DNA of 32,000 nucleotides from Gemmata obscuriglobus (GCF_008065095.1 NZ_CP042911.1:7770001-7802000); one strand, 5' to 3'. Counted from the stretch's first letter, positions 7,906 through 17,346 are shown. Program-made: numbers and translations. Notes: a model not told the origin generated them from the sequence alone.

Positions 7906-7947
7906 AGGCGGACGAACGCTCGGCTCACGCCAAGTGTTCGTCCGCCT
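7906..7947 (-). terminator. Hairpin downstream of the lipoprotein gene (possible terminator)
   Basis: AGGCGGACGAAC at 7906..7917 pairs with GTTCGTCCGCCT at 7936..7947 (12-bp perfect stem, 18-nt loop). It lies about 60 nt after the stop of the 8010..8573 gene. There is no clear U-tract. Confidence 0.4.
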
Positions 7948-8009
7948 CGTTCTGGTGCTGCCGGAACGTCAGCACCCGTTCGTTCGGCCCGGTGCCGACC
8001 GGTGGCGGC

Positions 8010-8573
8010 TCAATACCGGGTCAGGTCCTGCGTGATCTGCTTCTGGGTCGCCGGGTCTGACCCGACGTACAGGTGCAGGTGGTCCTTATCGATGTAGATG
8101 ACCTGGACCCGCTGCTTCTTCCGGTAAGTCGGGAACGGGTAGTCGGACTGCACCAGTTCGGTGTAGTACACCACGCACTCCCAGTGGCAGTGGTGCAGTT
8201 GTGCCTGGCCGACCAGCGGGAAGAAGCGGGGCGGGTCGATCTTGTCCACGAGCCGGTTCGTGACGATCACAATGTCGTCGCGGAACGTTTCGAACACGCC
8301 CGGCACGCCGCGCGGCACTCGCGGCATGGCGCGGAGCACCTCCTGGTCGCTCGGCGCGTCCTCGCAGATCGGCGGCGGGAACCCCTCGCGGACCGGCGGC
8401 ATGATCGGAACCCGGCCGTCGTTCTGGTGGTTGAACTTCTGGTCCATCCGCTCCGCGACCCACGGTTGAACCGGGATCGGGGTGAGGAACCCGAGCGTGA
8501 AGGGGTTGCAACCGGACGCGCCCGCAAGGACGCCGACCGCCAGAACCCAGAGTTTCCGCCGAATCCAAGACAT
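8010..8573 (-). CDS. Hypothetical lipoprotein
   Basis: 187-aa ORF with an ATG start. Signal peptide with lipobox (VLAGASGC). The sequence is non-repetitive and third positions are G/C-rich. Confidence 0.8.
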   Translation of the reverse strand: MSWIRRKLWVLAVGVLAGASGCNPFTLGFLTPIPVQPWVAERMDQKFNHQNDGRVPIMPPVREGFPPPICEDAPSDQEVLRAMPRVPRGVPGVFETFRDDIVIVTNRLVDKIDPPRFFPLVGQAQLHHCHWECVVYYTELVQSDYPFPTYRKKQRVQVIYIDKDHLHLYVGSDPATQKQITQDLTRY

Positions 8574-9510
8574 ACTTCGCCCCCCGTGGCTTGACGGTTC
8601 AACAGTCCGTAGCGGATGTATCGGACACGCCGGGCGGAGAGTTTAGTCAGAAGTTGTGAGTTTGCCAGTTGCCCAGTTTGGGTGCTGGGCAAAGTCGTGT
8701 GCGAGGAGGGACCGCCGGACGCCTTTGACAGATTTCAAGGGCGTGATGTCAATTTGCCGGAAAATATCGCAAATGTAAGATTTTCCAGGAAGCCGAAGAC
8801 GTGTAGCCTAAGCACGCGGCCGAGGCTGGTTGTAACGTTTGAAAACGAGCCGCGACCGCCAGGAAGCGGGTGACGTATCCCGCTCCCTGGCAGTCGCGGC
8901 TCGTCAAAACGCGCAATGCAACCACGGCCGCCTGCTTAGCAGGTGGTGATCGTTTTTTTCACTATCAACCATTGAAATTATTGCCTTCTCTGGCAATGCG
9001 CCGAGATACTTCTTAAAGCTGCCGGCTCGTATTTCGGCGCACACCTGAACGCTGGTGGTGCCCTGCGAGCATTGCACTTGCGATTTCCCGGTCAGATTTG
9101 ACAGGTGAGACTGCGGTTTTCCAGGCGATTCTGACTCCGTGCAATACTCGCAGGGCACTACCTAAACGCTGCAACAGGGGTAATATCGCCGACAGCAAGT
9201 TGGGTGGGCATCTTGTAGTGCACGGGCGATCACTTAGTTCAAAGTGGTCAACGTGTTGCTGAGCCGCAAGGCGGAGCGAGTTGACCGCAGCGGCAATTGG
9301 CGTCACAGTGGCGAAGGGCAGAGTTTCACTAGGCATAAAATAAAGCAACTTGAACACGCGACTGCGAAACAGTGGAATTTGTAGACAGTCGGATCACAAA
9401 CCGCCTATCGCTGGCAGGCAGTTGCGATAACTTGAATCCTGACTATTGTGACACTACGCTAAACTGATTCAGGACTTGTGGCGAGTGTCAATTGCGACTG
9501 TCCACGCAAC

Positions 9511-10374
9511 CTAATCGCTGACGATTTCCCCACCTTGTGGTGTGACCATTCCCCAGTATACGTTGGGGCTAGTTGCTGGCCGGAGGAGACGCACACTGCC
9601 ATCCGCGAATGCTGTCAAAATGCCAGCGTCGAACGTGGCTTGCGGGATACGACTGTCGCAATCCGCAATGCTTAGTGGACGGGTTTGGAACGTGAGGCTG
9701 GCAACAGAAGGTGATGTTGTGTTCGTGACTAGATCGGTTACAGGAGTAACATCGTTGAAGAAAGCGTCTGCAAAAGTAGGCCGTCGTCGCCCACTACTGC
9801 ATGATTGCAGCAGTATCATTTTTCCATCTTCGTATCTGTAACAGCTATACTTTGGCATCTGCCAGTCTGCGTAGAATTTGCCGCAAGTTGCATACCTTTC
9901 CGCAATTGCCATAGTTGACGACGCCCCGTCTGTCAGATTATTGCACGTTAATCCGCTGCGGAATAATAGGGCATTGAGCGAGAAGCTGACATTACCGCCC
10001 ATTGAGTTGGGCGGGAATCCTTGCCAAGTAGGGTCATAAGGATTTCTTAAGATGGGTGGCCCATCTGGCTGGTGGAGCCAACCTTCGGCACCCTGTTCCA
10101 CATATGGAAGCAACTGATAAAACGCTGCGGCATTGTCGCGGCTACCCTCCCCATCCGCAGCGGGAAATTTATCGTTGTGCGCGGTGGCGTAATTGGCAGT
10201 GGCAATTGAAAACTGTCGGAGTTGATTGCTGATTTTCATCCGTGCCGCTGCCGTGCGAACCTTCTGCACCGCTGGGAGCAGCAGTCCGATGAGGATCGCG
10301 GCGATCGCAACCACGACGAGCAACTCCAGAAGCGTGAACCCCGTGCGGCAAGCTGATTTGAATTGCTTTATCAC
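9511..10374 (-). CDS. DUF1559 family protein with type II secretion/prepilin-like N-terminal helix
   Basis: [35 protein letters not shown] is the prepilin-type methylation/helix motif typical of planctomycete DUF1559 proteins. C-terminal motif [10 protein letters not shown]. The probable GTG start at 10374 is preceded by AGGAAC. The longer tracked ORF (to 10512) has no signal-like N-terminus. Confidence 0.85.
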   Translation of the reverse strand: MIKQFKSACRTGFTLLELLVVVAIAAILIGLLLPAVQKVRTAAARMKISNQLRQFSIATANYATAHNDKFPAADGEGSRDNAAAFYQLLPYVEQGAEGWLHQPDGPPILRNPYDPTWQGFPPNSMGGNVSFSLNALLFRSGLTCNNLTDGASSTMAIAERYATCGKFYADWQMPKYSCYRYEDGKMILLQSCSSGRRRPTFADAFFNDVTPVTDLVTNTTSPSVASLTFQTRPLSIADCDSRIPQATFDAGILTAFADGSVRLLRPATSPNVYWGMVTPQGGEIVSD

Positions 10375-10501
10375 GGATTTTCCGTTCCTGACAAGAAAGG
10401 AGTGATTGTGAAGACTGGTTTGTACCAGGGCAATCCGAGCCGTGCCCGGTTGCTCTTTATTGCAGAGCAACCGGGCATGGCGAGGCCGGTTGTGCCGCAA
10501 C

Positions 10502-10951
10502 TTAGGGCACAACTGCTGTGGCTGAAGTTGCTTCTGCGATCACTAGCGGAGGCGTACCGTTGTCAACCACTTTAACTTTAAAAAGCACTGTGTCACCCGT
10601 GGTTAATCCACCGGATGTTATAGTCAAATTTCCGTTTGCCCCGCCGGGGATTGGGTCGATCGCGGTCCCCCCAATCACCGTCGGGGGAACGCCGAGAGCG
10701 TTGACTTTGTAGATGGTGACCTCGAGCTTCTGTGCGTTGGTGCAGTTAGTCCACGTCACCTTGTATTCGAGAATCCCCTTTGCGGCTGGGTTGCCGACCC
10801 CAGCCGGATTCTTGTTGAAATCGATTTTGGGCCCGGGAGCAGCAGCAGCAGCGGCAACGTCGGCAGGTTCAGCGACAATCACCAGCGACAAGACACCGAC
10901 TAAACCGAGAGTAAAGACCAGTAAGCGAGCCAAGGATGCTCGATCCAGCAT
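10502..10951 (-). CDS. Small secreted or membrane-anchored hypothetical protein (beta-rich)
   Basis: ATG at 10951 is preceded by GGGGG. N-terminal hydrophobic helix ([20 protein letters not shown]), an Ala run, then alternating beta-strand-like sequence ([25 protein letters not shown]). Its composition is A+T-richer than the housekeeping genes. Confidence 0.6.
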   Translation of the reverse strand: MLDRASLARLLVFTLGLVGVLSLVIVAEPADVAAAAAAPGPKIDFNKNPAGVGNPAAKGILEYKVTWTNCTNAQKLEVTIYKVNALGVPPTVIGGTAIDPIPGGANGNLTITSGGLTTGDTVLFKVKVVDNGTPPLVIAEATSATAVVP

Positions 10952-11285
10952 GACATAACCCCCTAGTAAACCTGAGCGTAACAAGCCCAAGTATGGTGAT
11001 GATCATAAATGCTACACCAATCCAAGTCAATAAAAAAAATCCCTACACGTAAGATGGGCTGGCTTCAGGCCATTCACGGTGGTCGCTATTGGCTGAAGTC
11101 TTTTAGCTTGAATATCTTCCGCCATTCTAGCGGATAGGTGGCCATTGCCAGTTGTTGCCAAATCGTGAGTGACAGTGCATTGTCACTCGCGATTCGCTTG
11201 AAAATCCCATGGTCGCGAATCTCATAATCTCCTCATCGACCGTGAATGGCCTGATGAGCTGGCTTGGAACCCTGGAGTCCTGCAC

Positions 11286-11864
11286 ATGGTTTTTTTAAAC
11301 CGCATCTACACGAAGTCCGGCGACGCGGGCGAAACGGGCCTCGGCGACGGCTCTCGCGTTCCAAAGGACGCGGCACGTGTTGTGGCTTACGGCGAGGTGG
11401 ACGAACTCAACGCGGTACTCGGTCTGGTCACCGCGAACTGCCCGGAGTGCCCCGAACGCGCCCTCATCCGGACGATCCAAAACGACCTGTTCGATGTGGG
11501 TGCGGACCTGTGCGTGCCGCAACCGGAGAGCGAAGGGGGCAACCAGGGCCTGCGAATCGTTCCGGCACAGTACGAGCGGTTGGAGAAGGCGATCGACCGC
11601 TTGAACGAACCGCTGGAACCGCTCCGGAGTTTCATCCTGCCCGGCGGCACGCCGGCGGCGGTCTGGCTGCACCTGGCGCGCACCGTGTGCCGCCGGGCCG
11701 AGCGCACGGTGGTCACGCTCACGCACACCGAAAAGGTCAACCCGCACGCGCTCATCTACCTGAACCGGCTGAGCGATTTGCTGTTCGTGCTCGGTCGCGT
11801 CGCTAACGACAACGGCAAAGGCGACGTACTCTGGGTGCCCGGCGCGAGCCGCGAGGGGGAGTAA
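11286..11864 (+). CDS. pduO: ATP:cob(I)alamin adenosyltransferase, PduO type
   Basis: The N-terminus IYTKSGDAGETGL and YGEVDELNAVLG, plus LPGG...LHLARTVCRRAER, are hallmark PduO/MMAB-family motifs. 192 aa. Confidence 0.93.
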   Translation: MVFLNRIYTKSGDAGETGLGDGSRVPKDAARVVAYGEVDELNAVLGLVTANCPECPERALIRTIQNDLFDVGADLCVPQPESEGGNQGLRIVPAQYERLEKAIDRLNEPLEPLRSFILPGGTPAAVWLHLARTVCRRAERTVVTLTHTEKVNPHALIYLNRLSDLLFVLGRVANDNGKGDVLWVPGASREGE

Positions 11865-12096
11865 AAGGCCGAAGAGGATTGGCCACAAAGAAGCACAAAA
11901 GGGAACCAAAGAGGATTGGCCGCAAAGAAGCACAAAAAGCACAAAAGGAAGCAGAAGACCAAGACAGCAGAGTGGGTTCAAACAAACTCTATTGTCTTGG
12001 CTTTGGTTCCCTTTTGTGCTTTTTGTGCTTCTTTGTGGCCAATCCTTTTCTGCCTGTTTTGTGCTTCTTTGCGGCCATTCGTCTTCGGCCTTTTAC
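11861..12096. repeat. 236-bp composite palindromic element containing four copies of a 24-bp unit
   Basis: Terminal inverted repeat GTAAAAGGCCGAAGA at 11861..11875 pairs with 12082..12096. The unit GATTGGCC(A/G)CAAAGAAGCACAAAA occurs at 11877..11900 and 11914..11937 (plus) and at 12021..12044 and 12057..12080 (minus). Further pairings are 11901..11911/12001..12011 and 11959..11966/11993..12000. Confidence 0.85.
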
Positions 12097-12506
12097 TTAC
12101 GGCTCGGGTCGCCGTAGTGGCACGCGCTGCACGATTTCGTCAGGCTCGTGAACGCGTCCGTCGCGGCCTTCTTGTTCTTCGCGCTGGCGGCCTTGCTCAA
12201 TGCGGCGGCGCCGGCAATGTACTTGTCGGGCGACGTGTACCCGAGGTCCGTCTTCTTGAACGACTCGCCCATCGTAACGAACGCCTTTGCGTCTTTCACC
12301 ACCCGCTCCCAGTCCGGCGACTCGCAGCCCAACTCCTGGAGCGTAAGGGCGTGGGGGGATTTCGCTCCGACGTGCGTCTCCTTCATCAACTTCGCGATGT
12401 CTTTATTCGTCAGCTTGGTTTCCGCCTTCGTCGGCTCGCCTGAAATGCTCACGGTGGTCAGTAGTGCTGAGCCGGCCAGGGCCAGCGCGAACACGGTTCG
12501 CTTCAT
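12093..12506 (-). CDS. Cytochrome c'-like (class II c-type cytochrome) with signal peptide
   Basis: ATG at 12506 is preceded by GGAG. Signal peptide MKRTVFALALAGSALLTTVS. About 137 aa with helical-looking sequence and a single heme motif near the C-terminus (CSACH), the class II cytochrome c layout. Confidence 0.72.
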   Translation of the reverse strand: MKRTVFALALAGSALLTTVSISGEPTKAETKLTNKDIAKLMKETHVGAKSPHALTLQELGCESPDWERVVKDAKAFVTMGESFKKTDLGYTSPDKYIAGAAALSKAASAKNKKAATDAFTSLTKSCSACHYGDPSRK

Positions 12507-12541
12507 GAATGTGGCTCCGTAATGGGTTCGGGAGTAAGGGC

Positions 12542-13882
12542 CTACTTGTTCACAGCGGGTTGAATCAGGTCTGCGGGCGCGAACTCGTCCGGCTGAACGC
12601 GGTCCTTCGAGGCGAAGAACCCAGCCGACGTTCGTTGCGTGGTTCCGACGACGTGCCACAAATTCTTATCAGTCGCATCACGAACGAAGATCCGCGATTC
12701 GTCGCCGGACGAGGCGGACAGAACGTCGAGCAGTGGTTGGTTGTCGGTCGCGACCGGCGCCAGTTTGACGCTCGCGCCGTAGGCCGCCACCCGGGGGCCG
12801 TCTGCGTTGAAAGACGCCGAGTCCACGAAGTGAAACGCGTCGTCGGATTTACCCTCCAGCATTTGCCGCCACAACTCCGACTTGACCCGCGCCACCAGCA
12901 CCGGCTGGCGGCGGAAGAACTCGGGAACGGTCTCGGGCCGGTCGGTCACAACGGTGATGTCGCGGGCCGGGTTCCGCAGCACGAACCGGCTTGGCTTCCT
13001 CACAGCCCCCGCGTCGGGCGTTTGCGGTGCGCGGGCTTCCGCCGGTCTGTCAGTAGCGACCTCTGGCGTTGGTTGCTCGTACTCGTTCCACGCCCACACG
13101 GCCGCCGCACCGACGCTGGTGACCCCGATCATTGCGAACAGCTGCACGGCCGCGCCCCGTAACTTGTTCGCGAACGTAGCTCGCACGACTTCGGCCGCCA
13201 GCCGCTCTGCGGCCGGTGAGGGGTGCCGGAGTCGCGCGGCGACGGTCGGCCCGGAAGCCGACGCACCGGCGTCGGACCCGAGCGCCGTTACGAGGCCCGC
13301 GGCGGGGAGCGCGAGCCCGCGGCGCGTGAGCCGGTCGGCCAGAATCGCGCGTCCGCGGGCCAACCGGCTCGCGACCGTGCCCTCCGACCACCCCAACCGC
13401 CCGGCGGCCTCGGTTCGGGTGTGTCCCTCCAGGTCGCACGCGATCACCGCGGCCCGATACACGGCCGGCAGTTCGCTGAGCGCCGCGTCCAGCGCCTCGC
13501 GGAGGTCGCCGCTCGCGGCCTCTCGCTCGGGCACTTCAACCGTGAGGCTCTGCGTCCCGCGCCGGGCGCGGGCGTCGCGGCTACGGCGGGCCACGTTCAC
13601 CGCGACCCCGTGCAAGAAGTTCCCGAGCCGGCTCCGCGGGCGCACCGCGTCCGCCTTGCGGAGCAGCACCAGCCACACCGCCTGGAACGCGTCGTCCGCG
13701 TCGGCACTGTTGCCGAGCGCCCGTCGGCACACACCCGTCACCATCGGGCCGTGCCGGCGCACGATCGCCGCGAACGCGTCGTCCGCGCGGCTCGTGAGAA
13801 ACTCGGTGAGGAGGCACTCGTCGCTCGCTTCGTCCGCTCCCGGTTGGAGTCGGGAGCGGACGCGGTGGATCAGTGAACGCAT
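12542..13882 (-). CDS. ECF (sigma-70 family) sigma factor with ~250-aa C-terminal extension containing a TM helix
   Basis: ATG at 13882. Region 2 (FAAIVRRHGPMVTGVCRRALGNSADADDAFQAVWLVLL) and region 4 (LPAVYRAAVIACDLEGHTRTEAAGRLGWSEGTVASRLARGRAILADRL). These are followed by TRRGLALPAAGL, a hydrophobic helix (AAVQLFAMIGVTSVGAAAVWAW) and a ~170-aa unrecognised domain. Confidence 0.85.
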   Translation of the reverse strand: MRSLIHRVRSRLQPGADEASDECLLTEFLTSRADDAFAAIVRRHGPMVTGVCRRALGNSADADDAFQAVWLVLLRKADAVRPRSRLGNFLHGVAVNVARRSRDARARRGTQSLTVEVPEREAASGDLREALDAALSELPAVYRAAVIACDLEGHTRTEAAGRLGWSEGTVASRLARGRAILADRLTRRGLALPAAGLVTALGSDAGASASGPTVAARLRHPSPAAERLAAEVVRATFANKLRGAAVQLFAMIGVTSVGAAAVWAWNEYEQPTPEVATDRPAEARAPQTPDAGAVRKPSRFVLRNPARDITVVTDRPETVPEFFRRQPVLVARVKSELWRQMLEGKSDDAFHFVDSASFNADGPRVAAYGASVKLAPVATDNQPLLDVLSASSGDESRIFVRDATDKNLWHVVGTTQRTSAGFFASKDRVQPDEFAPADLIQPAVNK

Positions 13883-14060
13883 CGGTTCTGGCCCGTCATG
13901 GCCCCGCGGTGGCCGCCCGCGGTTCTGCCATTCTTTCCCACGGGTCGAACGAATTGATCCCGAGAAATGTGCGAAACGAAAAACGCCCCGGGTGCCGCCG
14001 AGCGGCGGCGCGTCCGCGACGGGAGTGATGGTGTAACGTGACCGGAATCGGAAGGTTGGG

Positions 14061-14089
14061 CAAAAGCCCTCCGGTGCTGCACGGAGGGC
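14061..14089 (-). terminator. Rho-independent terminator after the 14133..15428 gene
   Basis: On the minus strand, GCCCTCCG-GTGCAGCA-CGGAGGGC is followed by TTTTG (plus-strand stem arms at 14066..14073 and 14082..14089). It lies 44 nt after the stop codon. Confidence 0.6.
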
Positions 14090-14132
14090 GTCCCCGGCGA
14101 AGCATGCCAGGGTTGCTGCGGCATCAGATCGG

Positions 14133-15428
14133 CTAAGGTGCGATCCAGGCGCGGTTGATGAGAATCGTGCCGTCACGCGACCCGGCATACTCGCCCTTGA
14201 TGGTCACCGGGGAGCCCGGCTTGAACCGATCGCTCTGCGACTTGGTGTGGAACGACAGAGCGGCCCGGATCTTACCCTTGCCGCCGCCCTTTTTGCCGGG
14301 GCCGGTCACGATCAGTATCGACTCGTTCTCCACCCTTTCCACGAACGCGCCGGTGATCGTGATCGCCTTCTCGTTGTACTTCTCGTCGGTCGCGCCCGCG
14401 GCGCGAGCGTAATCGTTCAGCAGCGCGGACGCGGGAACCGTCGGGTTCGGGTCCAGGCCGGCACCCTCGAAAGTGGCGTCGGTCACGTTTACATACAGAT
14501 CAGCGACATTTCCCACGCATTTGCCCTTCACCTTGACCGTTTGCCCGCGGGACGCGCTAAAGAATCTGTTCGTGTCGTCCTTTCGCATTTGAACGCGCAC
14601 GCTCATGCCGATGAACTGTCCCGGCGGTGGTGGGAGCCCGTCCAGAGACACGATCGCCTCGTCCTTGATGCCTTCGGTGATGTCGCTGAGCTTGCCCTCA
14701 ACGATGAGGGTCCTGTTCGTGTACTTCTCGCGGGCGGCGGTGGCGTCGGCTTTAAACTCGCGCACCAGTTCCTCGGCCGTAATGCTGATCGGTGGCCTGT
14801 TGGCGTTTTTTTCGGCCTGATCGGCCTTGTTTTTCAGATCGTTTGCGACCTCCTGAACCCGGTCGCCGGCCTTTTGCAGGACGTAATAGACGCCGAACGA
14901 CACGCCGCTGCAGCACAAGATTAACGAGCCGAATACGATGGCGAGAATGAGGGGCAGTTTGGACCGACCCTTTTTGCCAGCGGGCCGTTCTCCGTCATCG
15001 TCGTAGTCGTCGTCGCGTCGGCGCTTCTTCCTCACCGGGCGGTCGTCGTAGTCGTCGTCGGGGCTCTTGCGCTTGCTCCTTTTTGCGACCGGTTCGTCGT
15101 TCCGGTCGTCGCCGCGGTCCCGGCGTGCGGGCCTCTCGCCCCGTTCGTCGCCCCGCGTGCGGCTATCGGTCCGGGGCTCGGCTGGCCTCTCGCCCTTCGG
15201 CTCCTCCGTTTCGTTGACGACCTCGAACGGGTTCTGCGCCGCCTTCGGTTCTTGGGGCACCGGTGGGAGCGGCGAGGGTAATGCCGGCTTCGATGCAGAA
15301 GGGGCCGCGGCAGACGCAGTGCCCGGGATCACGCCCCCGCATTTGGGGCACCTGACCGCGCGGCCGGCGTACTCGTCCTTCACCGACAGCGCCGCCGAAC
15401 ACGACGGGCACACCAAACGGATCGGCAT
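14133..15428 (-). CDS. Zinc-ribbon membrane protein with two C-terminal OB-fold (tRNA_anti-like) domains
   Basis: ATG at 15428 is preceded by AGGAGA. N-terminal zinc ribbon CPSC...CPKC, then an Arg/Asp-rich low-complexity region. TM helix LPLILAIVFGSLILCCSGVSFGVYYVL. Two repeats of the tRNA_anti-like pattern (TAEELVREFKADATAAREKYTNRTLIVEGKL...; ASALLNDYARAAGATDEKYNEKAITITGAF...). Confidence 0.85.
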   Translation of the reverse strand: MPIRLVCPSCSAALSVKDEYAGRAVRCPKCGGVIPGTASAAAPSASKPALPSPLPPVPQEPKAAQNPFEVVNETEEPKGERPAEPRTDSRTRGDERGERPARRDRGDDRNDEPVAKRSKRKSPDDDYDDRPVRKKRRRDDDYDDDGERPAGKKGRSKLPLILAIVFGSLILCCSGVSFGVYYVLQKAGDRVQEVANDLKNKADQAEKNANRPPISITAEELVREFKADATAAREKYTNRTLIVEGKLSDITEGIKDEAIVSLDGLPPPPGQFIGMSVRVQMRKDDTNRFFSASRGQTVKVKGKCVGNVADLYVNVTDATFEGAGLDPNPTVPASALLNDYARAAGATDEKYNEKAITITGAFVERVENESILIVTGPGKKGGGKGKIRAALSFHTKSQSDRFKPGSPVTIKGEYAGSRDGTILINRAWIAP

Positions 15429-15517
15429 CGGGCTCTCCTGATTGAAACGGTCGGCCGCGCGGCCGGGCGCGGCGCCGGTGAGGTCGAGTGTATGCCCCGG
15501 TTCGACCGCGGCGCAAT

Positions 15518-15545
15518 GAAAAAGCCCGGCCGATCGGCCGGGCTA
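15518..15545 (-). terminator. Rho-independent terminator after ilvB
   Basis: On the minus strand, AGCCCGGCC-GATC-GGCCGGGCT is followed by TTTTT (plus-strand 15519..15544). It lies about 30 nt after the ilvB stop. Confidence 0.7.
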
Positions 15546-15573
15546 ACGAATCGTTAATCTGACCGGCGGTCCG

Positions 15574-17346
15574 TTATTCCTTGATGATGTCCTTGACGGT
15601 CGAGCCGGCCGGGATCATCGGCAGCACGTGCTCCTGGTGCGGCACGTGGACGTTCAGCAGGAACGGCCCCGGGGCCTCGATCATCTCGATCAGCGCGGCG
15701 TCCAGGTCGGCCTTGTCGATGACGCTCTTGGCCGTCACGCCGAAGCCCTCGGCGATCTTGCAGAAGTCGGGGTACGGGGCGTGGTCCTCGCCGGCGCCGA
15801 GGTACGTGTGCCCGCGGTTCGAGCCGAAGAACCGGTCCTCCCACTGCATCACCATGCCCAGGTGCTGGTTGTTGAGCAGCAGCACCTTCGCCGGGATCTT
15901 TTCGGCGTAGGCGGTGGCGAGCTCCTGCACGTTCATCAGGAAGCTGCCGTCGCCGTCGATGTCGATGACGAGGTTGTTCGGGAACGCCACCTTCGCGCCC
16001 AGCGCGCTGGGGAGCCCGAACCCCATCGTGCCGAGGCCGCCGCTGGTGATCCACTTCCGGGGCTTGTTGAAGTGGAAGAACTGCGCGGCCCACATCTGGT
16101 GCTGGCCCACGCCGGTGGTGATGATCGTGTCGTCGAGCTGGTTCCGGTCGCGCAGGATCTCCCAGAGCCGCTTGATCGCGTACTGCGGGATGATGAAGTT
16201 GTCCGGCTCGGCGAACTTGAGCGGCTCGGCGTCGCGCCACGCGTCCACCTGGCGCCACCAGTCGGTGTACCGGCCGCCGGCGGTGAGGTCGGCGTTCTTC
16301 TCCTCCTTCAGCAGCGCGTTCAGCCCGTGCAGCGCGTGCTTCAGGTCGCTGTGGACCGGGACGTGCGCGAACTTGTTCTTGTGGATCTCCGACTTGTCGA
16401 TGTCGACGTGGACGATCTTGCCGTGCTTGGCGAACTCGGCGAGCTTGCCGGTCACGCGGTCGTCGAACCGCACCCCGAAGGCCAGCAGCAGGTCGGCGTC
16501 GTTGATCGCGTAGTTCGAGTACACGGTGCCGTGCATCCCGAGCATCTGGAGGCACAGGTAGTGGTCGGCGGGGAAGTTCCCCAGCCCGTGGACCGTGAGG
16601 CCCACCGGCGCGCCCACCAGCTCCGCGAACTCCTTGAGCTCGGCCGCGGCGTCGCTGTGGGTCACCCCGCCGCCCGCGTAGATGAACGGCTTCTTGCTGG
16701 CGCGGATGGCGGCGATGACCGGCTCGAGCTCGGCCCGCGGCGCCTTCCGCACCGGGCGGTAGCCGGGCAGGTCCATCGCGACGTCCCAGTCGGGGACGAC
16801 CGACTTGGTCTGCACGTCCTTGCACACGTCGATCAGCACCGGGCCGGGGCGGCCGGTGGTGGCGATGTGGAACGCCTCCTTCATCACCCGCGTGATGTCC
16901 TCGGTGCGGGTGAGCAGGTAGTGGTGCTTGGTGATCCCGCGGCAGATCTCGACCATCGGCGTTTCCTGGAACGCGTCGTTGCCGAGGACGTTGGTGCTCA
17001 CCTGCCCGGTGATGAAGATGGCCGGGATGCTGTCCATCTTCGCGTCGGCGATGCACGTCACGAAGTTCGTGGCGCCGGGGCCGCTGGTGGACACGCACAC
17101 GCTGGCCTTGCCGGTGGTGCGGCAGTACCCGTGGGCCATGAACCCGCCGCCCTGCTCGTGCCGCGGCAGGATGGTGCGGAGCTTGCCCTGGACCCGGGTG
17201 AGGGCCTGGTGGATGGGCATGCTGGCGCCGCCCGGGTACGCGAAGACCGTATCGACCCCGTGCCGGATGAGGGCCTGAACGAGGATGTCGGCCCCGCTCA
17301 TCGGGGTGGCGGTCGGGGTCGCGCTGGTGGTCCCGTGGTCGGCCAT
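15574..17346 (-). CDS. ilvB: Acetolactate synthase (acetohydroxyacid synthase) large subunit, biosynthetic type
   Basis: 590-aa [35 protein letters not shown] at the N-terminus, a ThDP-binding region ([16 protein letters not shown] ... [16 protein letters not shown]), and full-length collinearity with the IlvB/IlvI family. Confidence 0.95.
   Translation of the reverse strand: MADHGTTSATPTATPMSGADILVQALIRHGVDTVFAYPGGASMPIHQALTRVQGKLRTILPRHEQGGGFMAHGYCRTTGKASVCVSTSGPGATNFVTCIADAKMDSIPAIFITGQVSTNVLGNDAFQETPMVEICRGITKHHYLLTRTEDITRVMKEAFHIATTGRPGPVLIDVCKDVQTKSVVPDWDVAMDLPGYRPVRKAPRAELEPVIAAIRASKKPFIYAGGGVTHSDAAAELKEFAELVGAPVGLTVHGLGNFPADHYLCLQMLGMHGTVYSNYAINDADLLLAFGVRFDDRVTGKLAEFAKHGKIVHVDIDKSEIHKNKFAHVPVHSDLKHALHGLNALLKEEKNADLTAGGRYTDWWRQVDAWRDAEPLKFAEPDNFIIPQYAIKRLWEILRDRNQLDDTIITTGVGQHQMWAAQFFHFNKPRKWITSGGLGTMGFGLPSALGAKVAFPNNLVIDIDGDGSFLMNVQELATAYAEKIPAKVLLLNNQHLGMVMQWEDRFFGSNRGHTYLGAGEDHAPYPDFCKIAEGFGVTAKSVIDKADLDAALIEMIEAPGPFLLNVHVPHQEHVLPMIPAGSTVKDIIKE

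Noticed and set aside
7226-7928. Several 60-103-aa ORFs on both strands in the convergent gap: 7226..7408, 7348..7644, 7545..7796, 7595..7906 and 7743..7928.
   Set aside because: They overlap one another, are Arg/Ser-rich, and show no coding periodicity or recognisable domains.
8904-9357. ORFs 8904..9158 (-) and 9013..9357 (-), and also 8616..8873 (+), in the non-coding stretch downstream of the DUF1559 gene.
   Set aside because: They overlap each other in different frames, have no motifs, no third-position bias and no plausible ribosome binding sites.
10991-11285. Possible cobalamin riboswitch upstream of the cobalamin adenosyltransferase gene; the leader contains GAAAATCC.
   Set aside because: I could not find the B12 box (GCCACUG-type core) or the other conserved cobalamin-riboswitch segments by eye. 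Only the generic structured-leader observation is reported.
11877-12080. CRISPR-like appearance of four copies of a 24-bp repeat.
   Set aside because: Two copies are inverted relative to the other two, the spacers are 13-83 nt and mutually complementary, and there is no leader or cas gene. It is a palindromic element, not an array.
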